Shown here: positions 53,815 through 64,000 of the stretch, piece after piece
Position numbering within the stretch: the stretch's first letter is position 1
Layout of the letters: the number at the start of each line of letters is the position of its first letter
Assembly: GCA_965287045.1 (NCBI GenBank)
Contig: OZ336889.1
Coordinates: 13,826,001-13,890,000 of the forward strand
DNA: 64,000 bases
Reading direction: 5' to 3'
Source: Carcharhinus amblyrhynchos
Lineage: Eukaryota
Made by a program: the position numbers and the translations under genes
The notes under the pieces: generated by a model
What the model was told of the DNA's origin: nothing
The model's input: the letters and a program-made list of their open reading frames with translations, nothing else
Databases searched by the model: none

Positions 53815-54450
53815 TGAATAAAAATTTTTTTATCTAAATGATGAGAGATTGCTGAGCTCTAAGATGCAAAAGGATCTGAGTGTCCTAGTGCATGAATCTC
53901 AAAAGGTTAGTATGCAGGAAGTAATTAGGAAAGGTGATAGAATGTTATCATTTATTGCGAGGGAAATTGAATGCAAAGATAGAGAGGTTATGTTTCAGGT
54001 GTACAGGGCATTGGTGAGATCACATCTGGAGTACTGTGTACAGTATTGGTCTCATTATTTAAGGAAAGATGCAGATGTATTGCCAAGAAGGTTTGCAAGA
54101 TTAATATCTTGCTGGATTAATATCTGCTGGAGTTTAGAATAAGAGTTGACTTGATTGAGATGACATGACAGGGTGGATGTGGAAAGAATCTGGAACTAGA
54201 GGCCACTGTTTAAAATAAAGGGTCACCGACAGAGAGAAGGATAAAAATTCTATTCTTCAAAAGGTGATTGAGGCTGCATCTATGAATATCTTGAAGGCAG
54301 AAGTAGATAGATTCTGGATAAGCACGGCAGTGAAAGGTTATCAGGATAGGGAGGAATGTGAAGTTGAAATAAAAATTAGAATAGCCATGCTCTTATAGAA
54401 TGGCAGAGCACACTCGAGGCCAAGTGGCCAACTCCTCCTAACTAATTTGT
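53815..54450 (+). mobile_element. CR1 3' region, degenerate
   Basis: QKDLSVLVHESQK...YRALVRSHLEYCVQYWSHYLRKD. Confidence 0.85.
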
Positions 54451-55219
54451 TCGTACATGCAGCTGGGGGAAGTGAGCTGCATATGTTTAGTAGTTTCATT
54501 TGAAATTGTGTATCAGGTGTAAAATACAGGCAGATTGAGCAGCATTTAACAAATGGGAGTTTACTCATTCAGAATCATCTTTAAGTCATTCTTGAAGTAG
54601 TTCCACCTAGTTAGTTTCATTAAAAATCAAATTGTAGACATGGTGTCTTAACTTGGAAGCATTACACGTCATTAAAAATGTTGGTTGCAATTTTGCCCTC
54701 CAGGCTTGAGTGAGTTTAAGTAGAATTCTACTGCTTATATCATCTTGCTTTTTGCAGAGGTTATTCTCTTGGACCATCAGTTCAGCCCAACTCTCCTCAT
54801 TTTTGATAGTCTCAACAAATGAGGTTCCAAAAGCTTCAATTTGGCGATCTTAGCACCTAGTGTTCCCTTGCTACATTGATATAAATAGGTGATCAGATCT
54901 GCTTAGGCTGAGAGCTACAGTTGACTAACTTTGAAAAAAATTATGCTGAAAATCATTTTAATTTCCATTTGAGCCTCATCCATAACTTCCTGTAGCTGGT
55001 ATACATTTTTGAGGAGGGGTGAGTTGTGAAGGAAGAGGGAAGCAGAAGAAACAAAATAATTAATAATTTCAGTCTATTTTTACCAACAGATGGAAAATCT
55101 GGCTATTTGACACAATTTGCTCCCATTTTTGGCCAGTAGGAATGTTGTACATCCTACAGTAACTGTTCCATGATAAGTACTGCTAACAGTTCATAAAATC
55201 AAACCTTTTTCTTGGACCA

Positions 55220-55440
55220 GTAACAACTTTCTTTTATATACACAATGCAATCAATGCAGCAAACCGTCCCAAGGCATTTCACAGGCAAAATGTGAAACAG
55301 AGCCATTCAATGAGAAGTTGGGGCAGTTGACCAAAAAATTGGTCTGAGGTAGTTTTTAAACAATATTGTTTTGAGATAGGGAGAGAATTCTAGAGATTGG
55401 GTCCCAGGCAGCTGAAGGTAAAGTCATCCTAATGAGGTAA
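55220..55440 (-). mobile_element. L2-like LINE 3' end
   Basis: AACAACTT...CGTCCCAAGGCATTTCACAGG...CCCAGGCAGCTGAAGG. Confidence 0.5.
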
Positions 55441-57626
55441 AGAAGTCAGATAAGTGGTGGTTGGATAAAATAATTAGGTTATATTTTCTGGGGCTAATTT
55501 ACTTGTATTGGAACAAGTGCCAGAAAAATATAACTTGGCAAGTAGAACTTTGTGAAATCCTAAATTATATTTTCCTACTGACTATACTTCAAAGTGTAAC
55601 CAAGGAATGGTGTCCCTCAAAAAGAGATGATCATCTGTGATGCAGTCTAGGAAGTTACTCATGAAATGAAAAAGCTCACTTATGCCATAAGACCAAATAT
55701 TAGATGCAGGAAAAGAATAGGGTAAATATATCCTGGTTACTGATTTTTTTTTGCTTCTTAACTGTTAGTGGGTACTTCCCTTCCTGGGTAACTGGTGAGC
55801 ACAATAATCTCATAACTAAAGCTAGAATATTACCACATTGTACATGCAAACTGAACCAGAAAATTAAAGCAGTATTGGTATAATGCTGACCCATGGTGTT
55901 TGAGCATGAGCAAGAAAGATTAAGATTGAGAAATGAAGAACTGAAGTAATCTCACTAAAATTGCAACTATCAGTCATTATGCAAGGCAAAAAATAGCTGC
56001 TTGAGAAGGTGATGGCTTTTCATCAGTTCAGATATTTTGTTTTTGGAAGGCTGATATACTAGATGTGGTAGAATTTGCATTCAGTTAAAATCTAATCCAA
56101 AATAATTTAAGTACCAAATGGAATTTTTAGATTTCTACATTCAATAGAAATTATGTACATCTCTATAATGTGTTAATCTATATTATCACTGCTTGCCGAA
56201 ATTGTCATGTTATGCAGCATGAATGTTATTGGGCATCAATGACACAGCACACTGACAAGCTGTTGGTGTTCCAAACTGTCGCTATTACAAAAACAAAATC
56301 CTGGAGCAAGTGAAATCACTTCACGTAATACATATCTTTCATATTTAAAAGTTATCATAAGGCAATAATTGATCTTGAGGTTCTGATGATTACAAAATAG
56401 TTGGGTTTTTTTGTAGTTCCTTGTCATCCGAATCCCATGGTTCTTCCTACCATGTAACTGTTCCCAGATATCCCTGATCTATTGTTGTGGAAAGTGCTGA
56501 TGTAGCTAAGTCTCCAAATATTTTTGGAAGAAATAGCAATTAGTTTGACTTCAAGTACAGTGCAATAGTTTTTTTAAAATACAAAGGTATAGAACGTTTT
56601 CTCATTGATGTGACTAGCAAAATAAGCTATACAGTGTTGATTACATTTCTATTTTAGTGTCATAGAAATACACATCAGGGAGGGACTAAATTTTTCTATT
56701 AGTGAGTGGTTACCTCACATTGTGACATTATAGGTTCAAATCCCAGTGACTTGCTTGATGATTTATTTTAATCTTAGGTAACTACAGCCCAATGAAATCT
56801 GTGGCACAATCTTTTTAGGTAACTTTCTAAAATGTTCCTTTCTATCCTGTAACTGTTTAATGCTATTTTTCTTTTCATATCTTTAGATCCGTTTAAAAGA
56901 AAAATTAAGAACTTTAGTCAGTTTAAACAGAAGCAAAAATGTGGTTATGAAAAATTTGGACCCAGCCACCTAGTCAATATGCTCTCAATTTTCACCTAGA
57001 CTAATTGGAACTTGTAAAAAATAACTTTTAATACGATTGTTCTAATAAACTGAAGCAAATCTTTTGATTCATATGGGTAAATGCAACATTTAAGTAATTA
57101 AAAATTCTTTGTTCCTTGGATAGTTATTCAGTGCTACTGCCCAGCTGTGGAGCATCACATTCCATCTGGCTCTAGTTTTATATGTGAAATAAATGGGGAG
57201 GAGGGAAACAAGTTCGCAATTACCACCTAAGGTGCACCTTGCTTTTAAAAGCCTGCAGTATTTCCATATTTGTGTTTTAAATATTTTGTAAATGTTTCCT
57301 CAGGAAAATAAGGTGTAAAAAAAAATGTTGGATTATGTGTGTGTGTGAATGAAGAAAGCTGGTTTCTTTGAAGAAGTGTGACTAAATGCTGTAACTTCTC
57401 TAGCCTTGGAACTAACTACTCTGAATGTGCCTATGGTTCCCTCATCCTACACGTAATGCTTTCTATCGCTCCTAGATTGAACAGGGCATGGCCCTGAATT
57501 GATATTCTGACAACCCTGACAAGTTTGTTTTTATTTTTTGTCAATCTCAGGACTGAAACTTCTTTATTTTATGTAGATGTTTTATTTATTCTGTTTCATT
57601 ATTTTATTATTGGTTGACATGAAATG

Positions 57627-57632
57627 AATAAA
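57627..57632 (+). promoter_or_regulatory. Candidate distal polyadenylation signal
   Basis: AATAAA with U-rich upstream sequence, TGTA at 57572 and downstream CTCTTGGTTTTTTT. Confidence 0.4.
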
Positions 57633-58959
57633 GCAATTAACATCACAAAGGCTCTTGGTTTTTTTCCGCCTGCAACATGTAAAAGCGTACTCATCAAAAC
57701 ATTTTTCAATCTAAGTATTGGAAAAAAAAATTGGCATTAACTTTACTAGGATTTTTCACTTGTTCTCTTTCCATGATTTGCTTTACTTGAGGCTGGGAGG
57801 AAATTGTTGAGAAGAGTTTTTGATGTGTCATGATTGAAGAGGTATTTGGGTTAATACTGTATTAGTTTCTGTAACTAACCATGTGACATATAAGTAATTG
57901 ACCAGATGCCAAATGGCATTGCAAATCAATCTAGGTTTTGGAGCATGATTATCATTTTTGGAGTTATCCTCTACTTTTAAAGCTTCTGCCCAGGTGTAAG
58001 AGCAGACGTGCAAAAATTTAGAATTGATTCAACTCTGCTCAGTAAAAACTAGATCAATCAGAAATAAATCAGCAATGGAGAAACGTACAAGCAAGTCAAA
58101 AGACTTGTTAACTTGCTTTGAGCTGTTATCTTGATTTTGCAGATTGGTGAAAATAATTGCATGGAATATTGTAAACTTAAACATGATAAAAAAAATTCTT
58201 AATGACAATTTCCATGGCTTTGTTACTGTAGATTCAGGCAGACAGAATTGGCTGTGGTAAATATAAATGATTTTTCTGTATAAATTAAAAGTTATGTTGG
58301 CATGGCGTAATAATGGCCAACAGATTTTGAGGTGTTTGATTTCTAAGGTGGCTTTGATTTAGGCTTGCATGTGAACATGTTCATTAAGCCAGAAGTCCTT
58401 AAGAGGTGTTAAGACTCCCTCCTGTGGATCACTGAACCTGGAAATGTCTGTAACTTAATTATACATTATTTCATTTCTGACTAAAATTCTCCATGGATTC
58501 CATGTATTAAAAAGCATATGGGCATTTAAGCCCCTGGTAAGTGACAGACAGAAAAATTGAATCACAAAAGCATTTTCATGGAACTATGAGGACAGGAATA
58601 CGTCACAGATAGTATAAAAAATATTTCAGTAGTGTTAAAGGATATGGCTATTCAATTGCTAATTGCTTGTGTGCTGTTATGTATGTACTGTACTTATTTT
58701 TAAAGACATTTAATTAATTTGGTATCTCAACCCAGCTTTAGCATAATGTGTTAGTGCCATCTTCCAAAATGTTTGGGTGAAAATGAAGTGCAGTGCGCAC
58801 AAGAAATGATTATGACCCACTACAGGGTATTGGATTCTCTGCAGGAACAGAAAACAACAGGGATGAAGCTTCTTGTTCATGAGGCGTGTGTGGTCTAGCT
58901 TATATAACTAGGAAGAGCACTGTATTGAATTACTCTAAAACATCTTAATTGCATTGAGT

Positions 58960-59850
58960 TGAGAGATACCTGTGCCATCAGACTTGCTTGGAACATCAAA
59001 GGGTTAGAGTCACTTAAAAAAGAGTTTACTCTGGCCAGCCTTTTCAGGAAGTGAGGAGGCTGGTGATAGAATTCATATACAGATTCATGGAATGGGTGGG
59101 CATTTAGCAGATTAAATTTAAGAAAGAGAAGTGATACATTTTGTTTGGAAGAATGAGTACAAATAATATAAAGGTCTGATTTTAAAGGAGGCTCAGGAAT
59201 TGGGACAGTTGGGGATATATTTGCACAAATCATTGAAAGTGGTAGGGCAGGTTGCAAAAGTGGTTAAAAGGGCAAACTGAATCCTGGGCTTTACAAATAG
59301 TGGTATAAAAGTACAAAAGCAAAAAAAAAGTTATGAACTTCTATGAGGGTTCAGCCTCACCCAGAGTATTGTGTTCAATTCTGGACAGCGAACTTTAGGA
59401 AAGGTGTGAAGGTTTGAGAAAAGGTGCAGAAATGATTTCTACAGATGAGGTACACAGACTGGAAAGGTTGGTGCTGTATTCTTCAGAGAAGAGAAAATTG
59501 AGAGGAAATGTGTTGAGATGCTCAAAATCCTAAGATGTCTACAGAATAGATGGAGGGAAATTATTTCCACTGGTGAAAGGACAGAGAATGAGAGGACAAA
59601 ATGAATAGCAAAGAAATCCTGAAGAAAACCTTTTTGTGCAGTGAGTACTTACAATCTGGAGTGCACTGCCTGAAAGGATGCTGGAGGCAAATTCAATCAT
59701 GACTTTCAAAAGGGACCTGGGTAAGGATCTGAAATAAAAACATTGCTGGACTATGGAGAAAGGGCAGTAGAGTGTGACCAGCTAAATTGTTCTTGCAGAA
59801 AACGGGCACAGACTTAAAGAACTGAAATGGTTTATTTTTGTGTAGCCAGT
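58960..59850 (+). mobile_element. Old CR1 3' region
   Basis: GAGTATTGTGTTCAATTCTGG (EYCVQFW) and other degenerate ORF2 C-terminal motifs. Confidence 0.7.
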
Positions 59851-60614
59851 GTGTTACCAAAGATCCAGGCACAGGTCATGGGCTCATTTCAGCAATGATG
59901 TATGTTGCAGAACCAGATCAAAAGCTGCCAATTTAGCAAGGACTTGGGGATTCAATTAATACACCCATCATCGTAATTTTCTAATTGATTGTTGAAAAAG
60001 CCCGAGCTACTTTGCTTATTTACGTTAAATTCTAGTGTCTGCTCTATTGCAAGACTGTTCATTCAGGCTGAACCAGGTAGTGCACAACCTTTTTGTTCAA
60101 GCCTCATTTTCTAAGTATCATTGATATGACATATTTTGATCTGCAACATTAGAGACTGATCTCTTTCCCCAAATATATTTGAATACCCAATGACTAATTT
60201 AAAAGGAATCACTGACAGTGTTTCAAAATATTTATTGCAACAAACAAACAAAAGCAACTCGACTAAACATTACTTAGGCAACTAATAACCTAAACCACAG
60301 ATCATCCTTATTAATGCTTTACTGCAATCGATAACCCCATGATATCTACATATGCATTATAATACATTCTCCACAAAATTGCAATTTTTATAGGAAATGG
60401 TCCACAGCTAGTCCCAGATTCCAATTTGTTTTTCTTCCCATTTGTACCATTGATCATCAAAAAATGCTTCCCTCAGCTTTCATGCAATTTTGAAATTGAC
60501 CACCAGCTGTAAAATCCACTGGCAGTTTCTCTTCACAGCCTTGCCAGGGCAAATCTTTTAGTAAAAAGTCTGACAACACCAGGTTTTAGTCCAACCTATT
60601 TATTTGATAATATA

Positions 60615-60651
60615 CTCGCAAGCTTTCGGGTTAGCCCCTTCGTCAGGTGAA
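60615..60651 (-). ncRNA. Minimal type-I hammerhead ribozyme motif
   Basis: Identical to 51711-51747. Confidence 0.6.
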
Positions 60652-61246
60652 TGGAGAGCTCTGGCTTCAGACAGAGCATATAAAGCACAGACAGTTTAGA
60701 GATTACTGATTAGAATGCGAATCCTTACACCTAACCTGCTGTTCAAGACCTGAAGTGGCTGATAATGTGAGTGGAAGGAGCACTGATCACAGTTTAAAGA
60801 GATGTGTATTGTCTCCAGACAGTACAGTAAGTGAGGTTTTGCAAACCCAGGCAAGTCACGGGGGTTACAGATAGTGCGACATGAACCCAAGATCCCTGTT
60901 GAGACCGTCCTCGTGTGCGGAACTTCCAAGTTCCGCACACATGAGGTCTCAGGACGGCCTCAACACAGTCTCAGGACGGTCAACACAGGACGGTCTCAAC
61001 AGGGATCTTGGGTTCATGTCGCACTATCTGTAACCCCCGTGACTTGCCTGGGTTTGCAAAACCTCACTTACTGTACTGTCTGGAGACAATACACATCTCT
61101 TTAAACTGTGATCAGTGCTCCTTCCACTCACATTATCAGCCACTTCAGGTCTTGAACAGCAGGTTAGGTGTAAGGATTCGCATTCTAATCAGTAATCTCT
61201 AAACTGTCTGTGCTTTATATGCTCTGTCTGAAGCCAGAGCTCTCCA

Positions 61247-61283
61247 TTCACCTGACGAAGGGGCTAACCCGAAAGCTTGCGAG
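61247..61283 (+). ncRNA. Minimal type-I hammerhead ribozyme motif
   Basis: Identical to 51711-51747. Confidence 0.6.
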
Positions 61284-61765
61284 TATATTATCAAATAAAT
61301 AGGTTGGACTAAAATGCAACCTGTTTCTGAGCACCAGTTTCTGATGAATTAGGCTGAGGCTAGCTCTTGTGTTGTCAGACTTTTTACTGTGTTTACGCCA
61401 GTCCAACGCCGGCATACCCACATCAAATCTTTTAGGACAGGGTTGTAACATATTTTTGTATGCGGGGCCATATTTCAAATTTTTTCTGTCAAGGGACTGA
61501 TGAACAAATCTTGGAAAGTTGAAGCTTGGCACAACATTAAATGTGATTTTTATTTTAAATAACTCAAAGCAATAAATTGATTTTTTACAAAGTATTAATA
61601 AAAATGACCACTTAAAAGTGCCAATTAGCAGAGCTATCTTTTTTTTTTGTCTTTTCACCTCAGAAGCAAAATGAGGGACAAATTAGGCTCCCAAGTCCTT
61701 GTCATCATGAAAGGAATGCAGAGTTTGGTTCAACTAACATTGACGCTGTGTTTGCCTCGATGGTG

Positions 61766-61825
61766 CACAAGAGCTAGCCTCAGCCTAATTCATCAGAAAC
61801 TGGTGCTCAGAAACAGGTTGCATTT
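61766..61825. repeat. 60-bp segment whose exact reverse complement lies at 61312-61371
   Basis: CACAAGAGCTAGCCTCAGCCTAATTCATCAGAAACTGGTGCTCAGAAACAGGTTGCATTT. Confidence 0.95.
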
Positions 61826-61939
61826 CAGTCTTGATTTTTCTTTTCACCTGGCCTGCTTTGTGAATAGATTTTCTGGGGCTAGAGGAGAAAGAGGGGGAGG
61901 GTGTGTGCGTGCAAATGCCACGCATGTACATGCCAACAC

Positions 61940-62591
61940 ACCCAATCTAACCTCATGGTCTGGCATATCCCCTGCTCAGCCATTACTATTAAGTGGGACA
62001 TGAGTACTGGTTCAACGAAGTGCAGGAGGCATGTGCCTCCTTGGCATACTTGAAAGCTGTGTCAGCCTGGTGAAGCCACAATACACGACTACTTGCGTAG
62101 TGAACAGTGGAAGCAGCATACAATAGATATAGAGCTAAGCAATCCCACAATTAACAGATCAGATCAAAGCTGGGCAGTTCTGCCACATCCAGTCATGAAT
62201 GGTTGCGGACATGTAAACAGAAGGAGAGAGTGCCACAAGTATCCCCATCCTCGAGGAGTGAGCCCAGGAGATCAATACAGAAGACCGGCTGAAACATATG
62301 CAACAAACTTCAGCCAGAAGTGTAGGATGAATGATCCATCTTGACCACCTCCTGAGGTCTGCAGAATCTCAGATGCCAGTCTTCAGCCAATTTGATTCCC
62401 TCAATGTGATATCAAGTAATGCTGAAGGCATTGGATACTGCAAAGACTATGACCTTGAAAATGATCCAGCAATAATAGTACTGAATAGTACAGATATCAA
62501 ACTAGCATCTACCCAGCCATGTCAAAAATTTCCCAAGTACGTCCTGTCCACAAAAAGGACAAATCCAACCCAACTAATTATTGTCTCATCA
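61940..62591 (+). mobile_element. Old LINE ORF2 fragment, same family as 36530-37313
   Basis: AGAGCTAAGCAATCCCACAAT...AAATCCAACCCAACTAATTA shared with the 36530 copy. Confidence 0.7.
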
Positions 62592-64000
62592 AGGGTGGCA
62601 GGCAAAAGGCGGGGAATTATAGGCCGGTTAGTTTAACGTCTGTTGTAGGAAAAATGTTAGAATCCGTGATCAAGGAGAAAATAACGAGGCATCTTGAGGA
62701 GAATTGTTTGGTAGAGCAGATGCAGCACGGTTTTGTTAAGGGGAAGTCGTGTCTGACGAATTTATTGGAGTTCTATGAGGATGTGTCTAGGGCGGTGGAT
62801 AGAGGAGAGCCGGTGGATGTGGTCTTTCTTGATTTTCAGAAGGCATTTGACAAGGTGCCTCACAAGAGGTTATTACAAAAGGTCAGGGGGCATGGAGTTG
62901 GGGGTAGGGTGTTAGCGTGGATAGAGGATTGGCTGTCAAATAGGAGGCAGAGAGCGGGGGTCAATGGGTGCTATTCGGATTGGCGGTTGGTGACTAGTGG
63001 AGTGCCCCAGGGGTCGGTGCTGGGGCCTCAGCTATTTACCATTTATATAGATGATCTGGAGGAGGGAACCGAGTGTATGGTGTCGAAATTTGCTGATGAC
63101 AGCAAGATTGGTGGAACGGCAAATCGCGCGGAGGGTGTGGAGAGTCTGCAGAAGGATCTAGATAGGCTGGGCGAATGGGCCAGGAACTGGCAAATGGAAT
63201 TTAATGTTGGCAAATGTGAGGTTGTCCACTTTGGTAGGAATAATGGTAGGAAGGACTATTACTTACGTGGCGAAAAACTGCAGCATGCGACGGTGCAGAG
63301 GGACCTCGGGGTCCTTGTGCATGAGTCGCAAAAACCCAGCCTGCAGGTGCAGCAGGTGGTCAGGAAGGCTAATGGGATGCTGGCCTTCATAGCGAGGGGG
63401 ATTGAATATAAAAGTAGGGAGGTCTTGCTGCAGCTGTATAGGGCATTGGTGAGGCTGTAGCTGGAGTACTGTGTGCAGTTTTGGTCGCCGTACTTACGCA
63501 AGGATATTTTGGCCTTGGAGGGAGTGCAGAGGAGGTTTACTAGGCTGATTCTGGAGTTGAGGGGGTTGAACTATGAGGCGAGGCTGAATAAACTAGGCTT
63601 GTACTCGTTAGAGTTTAGAAGAATGAGGGAAAATCTCATTGAGACATATAAGATGTTGAATGGGATGGATAGGATAGAGGTGGAGAGGCTCTTCTCGCTC
63701 AGAAAGGACAGTAGGACTAGAGGGCACAGCCTCAAGATAAAGGGGAGGGGGGTTTAGAACAGAGTTGAGGAGGAACTTCTTCACTCAAAGGATGGTGAAT
63801 CTCTGGAATTCTCTGCCTGTTGAAGTGGTGGAGGCTGCCTCACTCAATATTTTTAAGACGCGGGTTGATAGGTTTTTGATAGGCAAGGGGATTAAGAGTT
63901 ATGGGGAGAGGGCGGGAATGTGGAACTGAGCCACGACAGATCAGCCATGATCTTATTGAATGGCGGGGCAGGCTCGAGGGGCTAGATGGCCTCCTACTGC
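62592..64000 (+). mobile_element. Young 5'-truncated CR1 LINE (RT to 3' UTR)
   Basis: GNYRPVSLTSVVGK...QHGF..GKSCLTNL...DFQKAFDKVPH...SGVPQGSVLGP...FADD; stop at 63458-63460 and a frameshift near 63750. Confidence 0.95.

Larger units (their letters stand above)
60560..61424 (+). mobile_element. Fold-back Penelope-like element insertion (ORF end, 3' UTR, pLTR end)
   Basis: Arms 60584-60911/60987-61314; ORF end HEDGLNRDLGFMSHYL*; same terminus ...CCGGCATACCCACATC as the 51135 element; TSD CAAATCTTTTAG at 60550-60561 and 61424-61435. Confidence 0.9.

Noticed and set aside
60696-61202. Paired ORFs ending ...VRIRILISNL
   Set aside because: Off-frame readings of the PLE ORF end and 3' UTR, mirrored by the palindrome.
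61341-61347. CTGATGA in the captured segment as an extra hammerhead or C/D box
   Set aside because: No downstream helix II and GAAA, and no suitable D box with terminal stem.
57700-64000. Exons of a convergent neighbour (TRPV4 lies downstream of FAM222A in human)
   Set aside because: No TRP-channel-like peptide recognised.

Overview
Vertebrate genomic DNA, very probably from an elasmobranch (shark), judged by about 11 HE1/V-SINE-type tRNA SINEs and the CR1 families. The only host gene recognised is FAM222A. Its large terminal coding exon is at 44826-46090 (+), with a canonical acceptor. The short first coding exon (MLACLQ...) was not found, so 1-44825 is probably intron, and a repeat-poor putative 3' UTR follows. 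The rest is nested transposon debris: CR1, L2 and Rex1/Babar LINEs, a Gmr1-type Gypsy remnant (integrase upstream of RT), a second Gypsy remnant, and Penelope-like elements (PLEs). The most striking structures are two very young fold-back PLE insertions (51135-51758 and 60560-61424). They have 270-bp and 328-bp near-perfect inverted arms, 12-13 bp target-site duplications and a minimal hammerhead motif in each arm. One carries a 60-bp inverted copy of DNA lying about 400 bp downstream. Other highlights: three hammerhead-bearing repeat families, a CR1 whose long 3' UTR contains a SINE body, SINEs with two alternative LINE-derived tails, a tail-to-tail CR1 palindrome, and a stem-loop in the FAM222A 3' UTR. 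Repeat boundaries and family names were read by eye and are approximate; no database searches were run.
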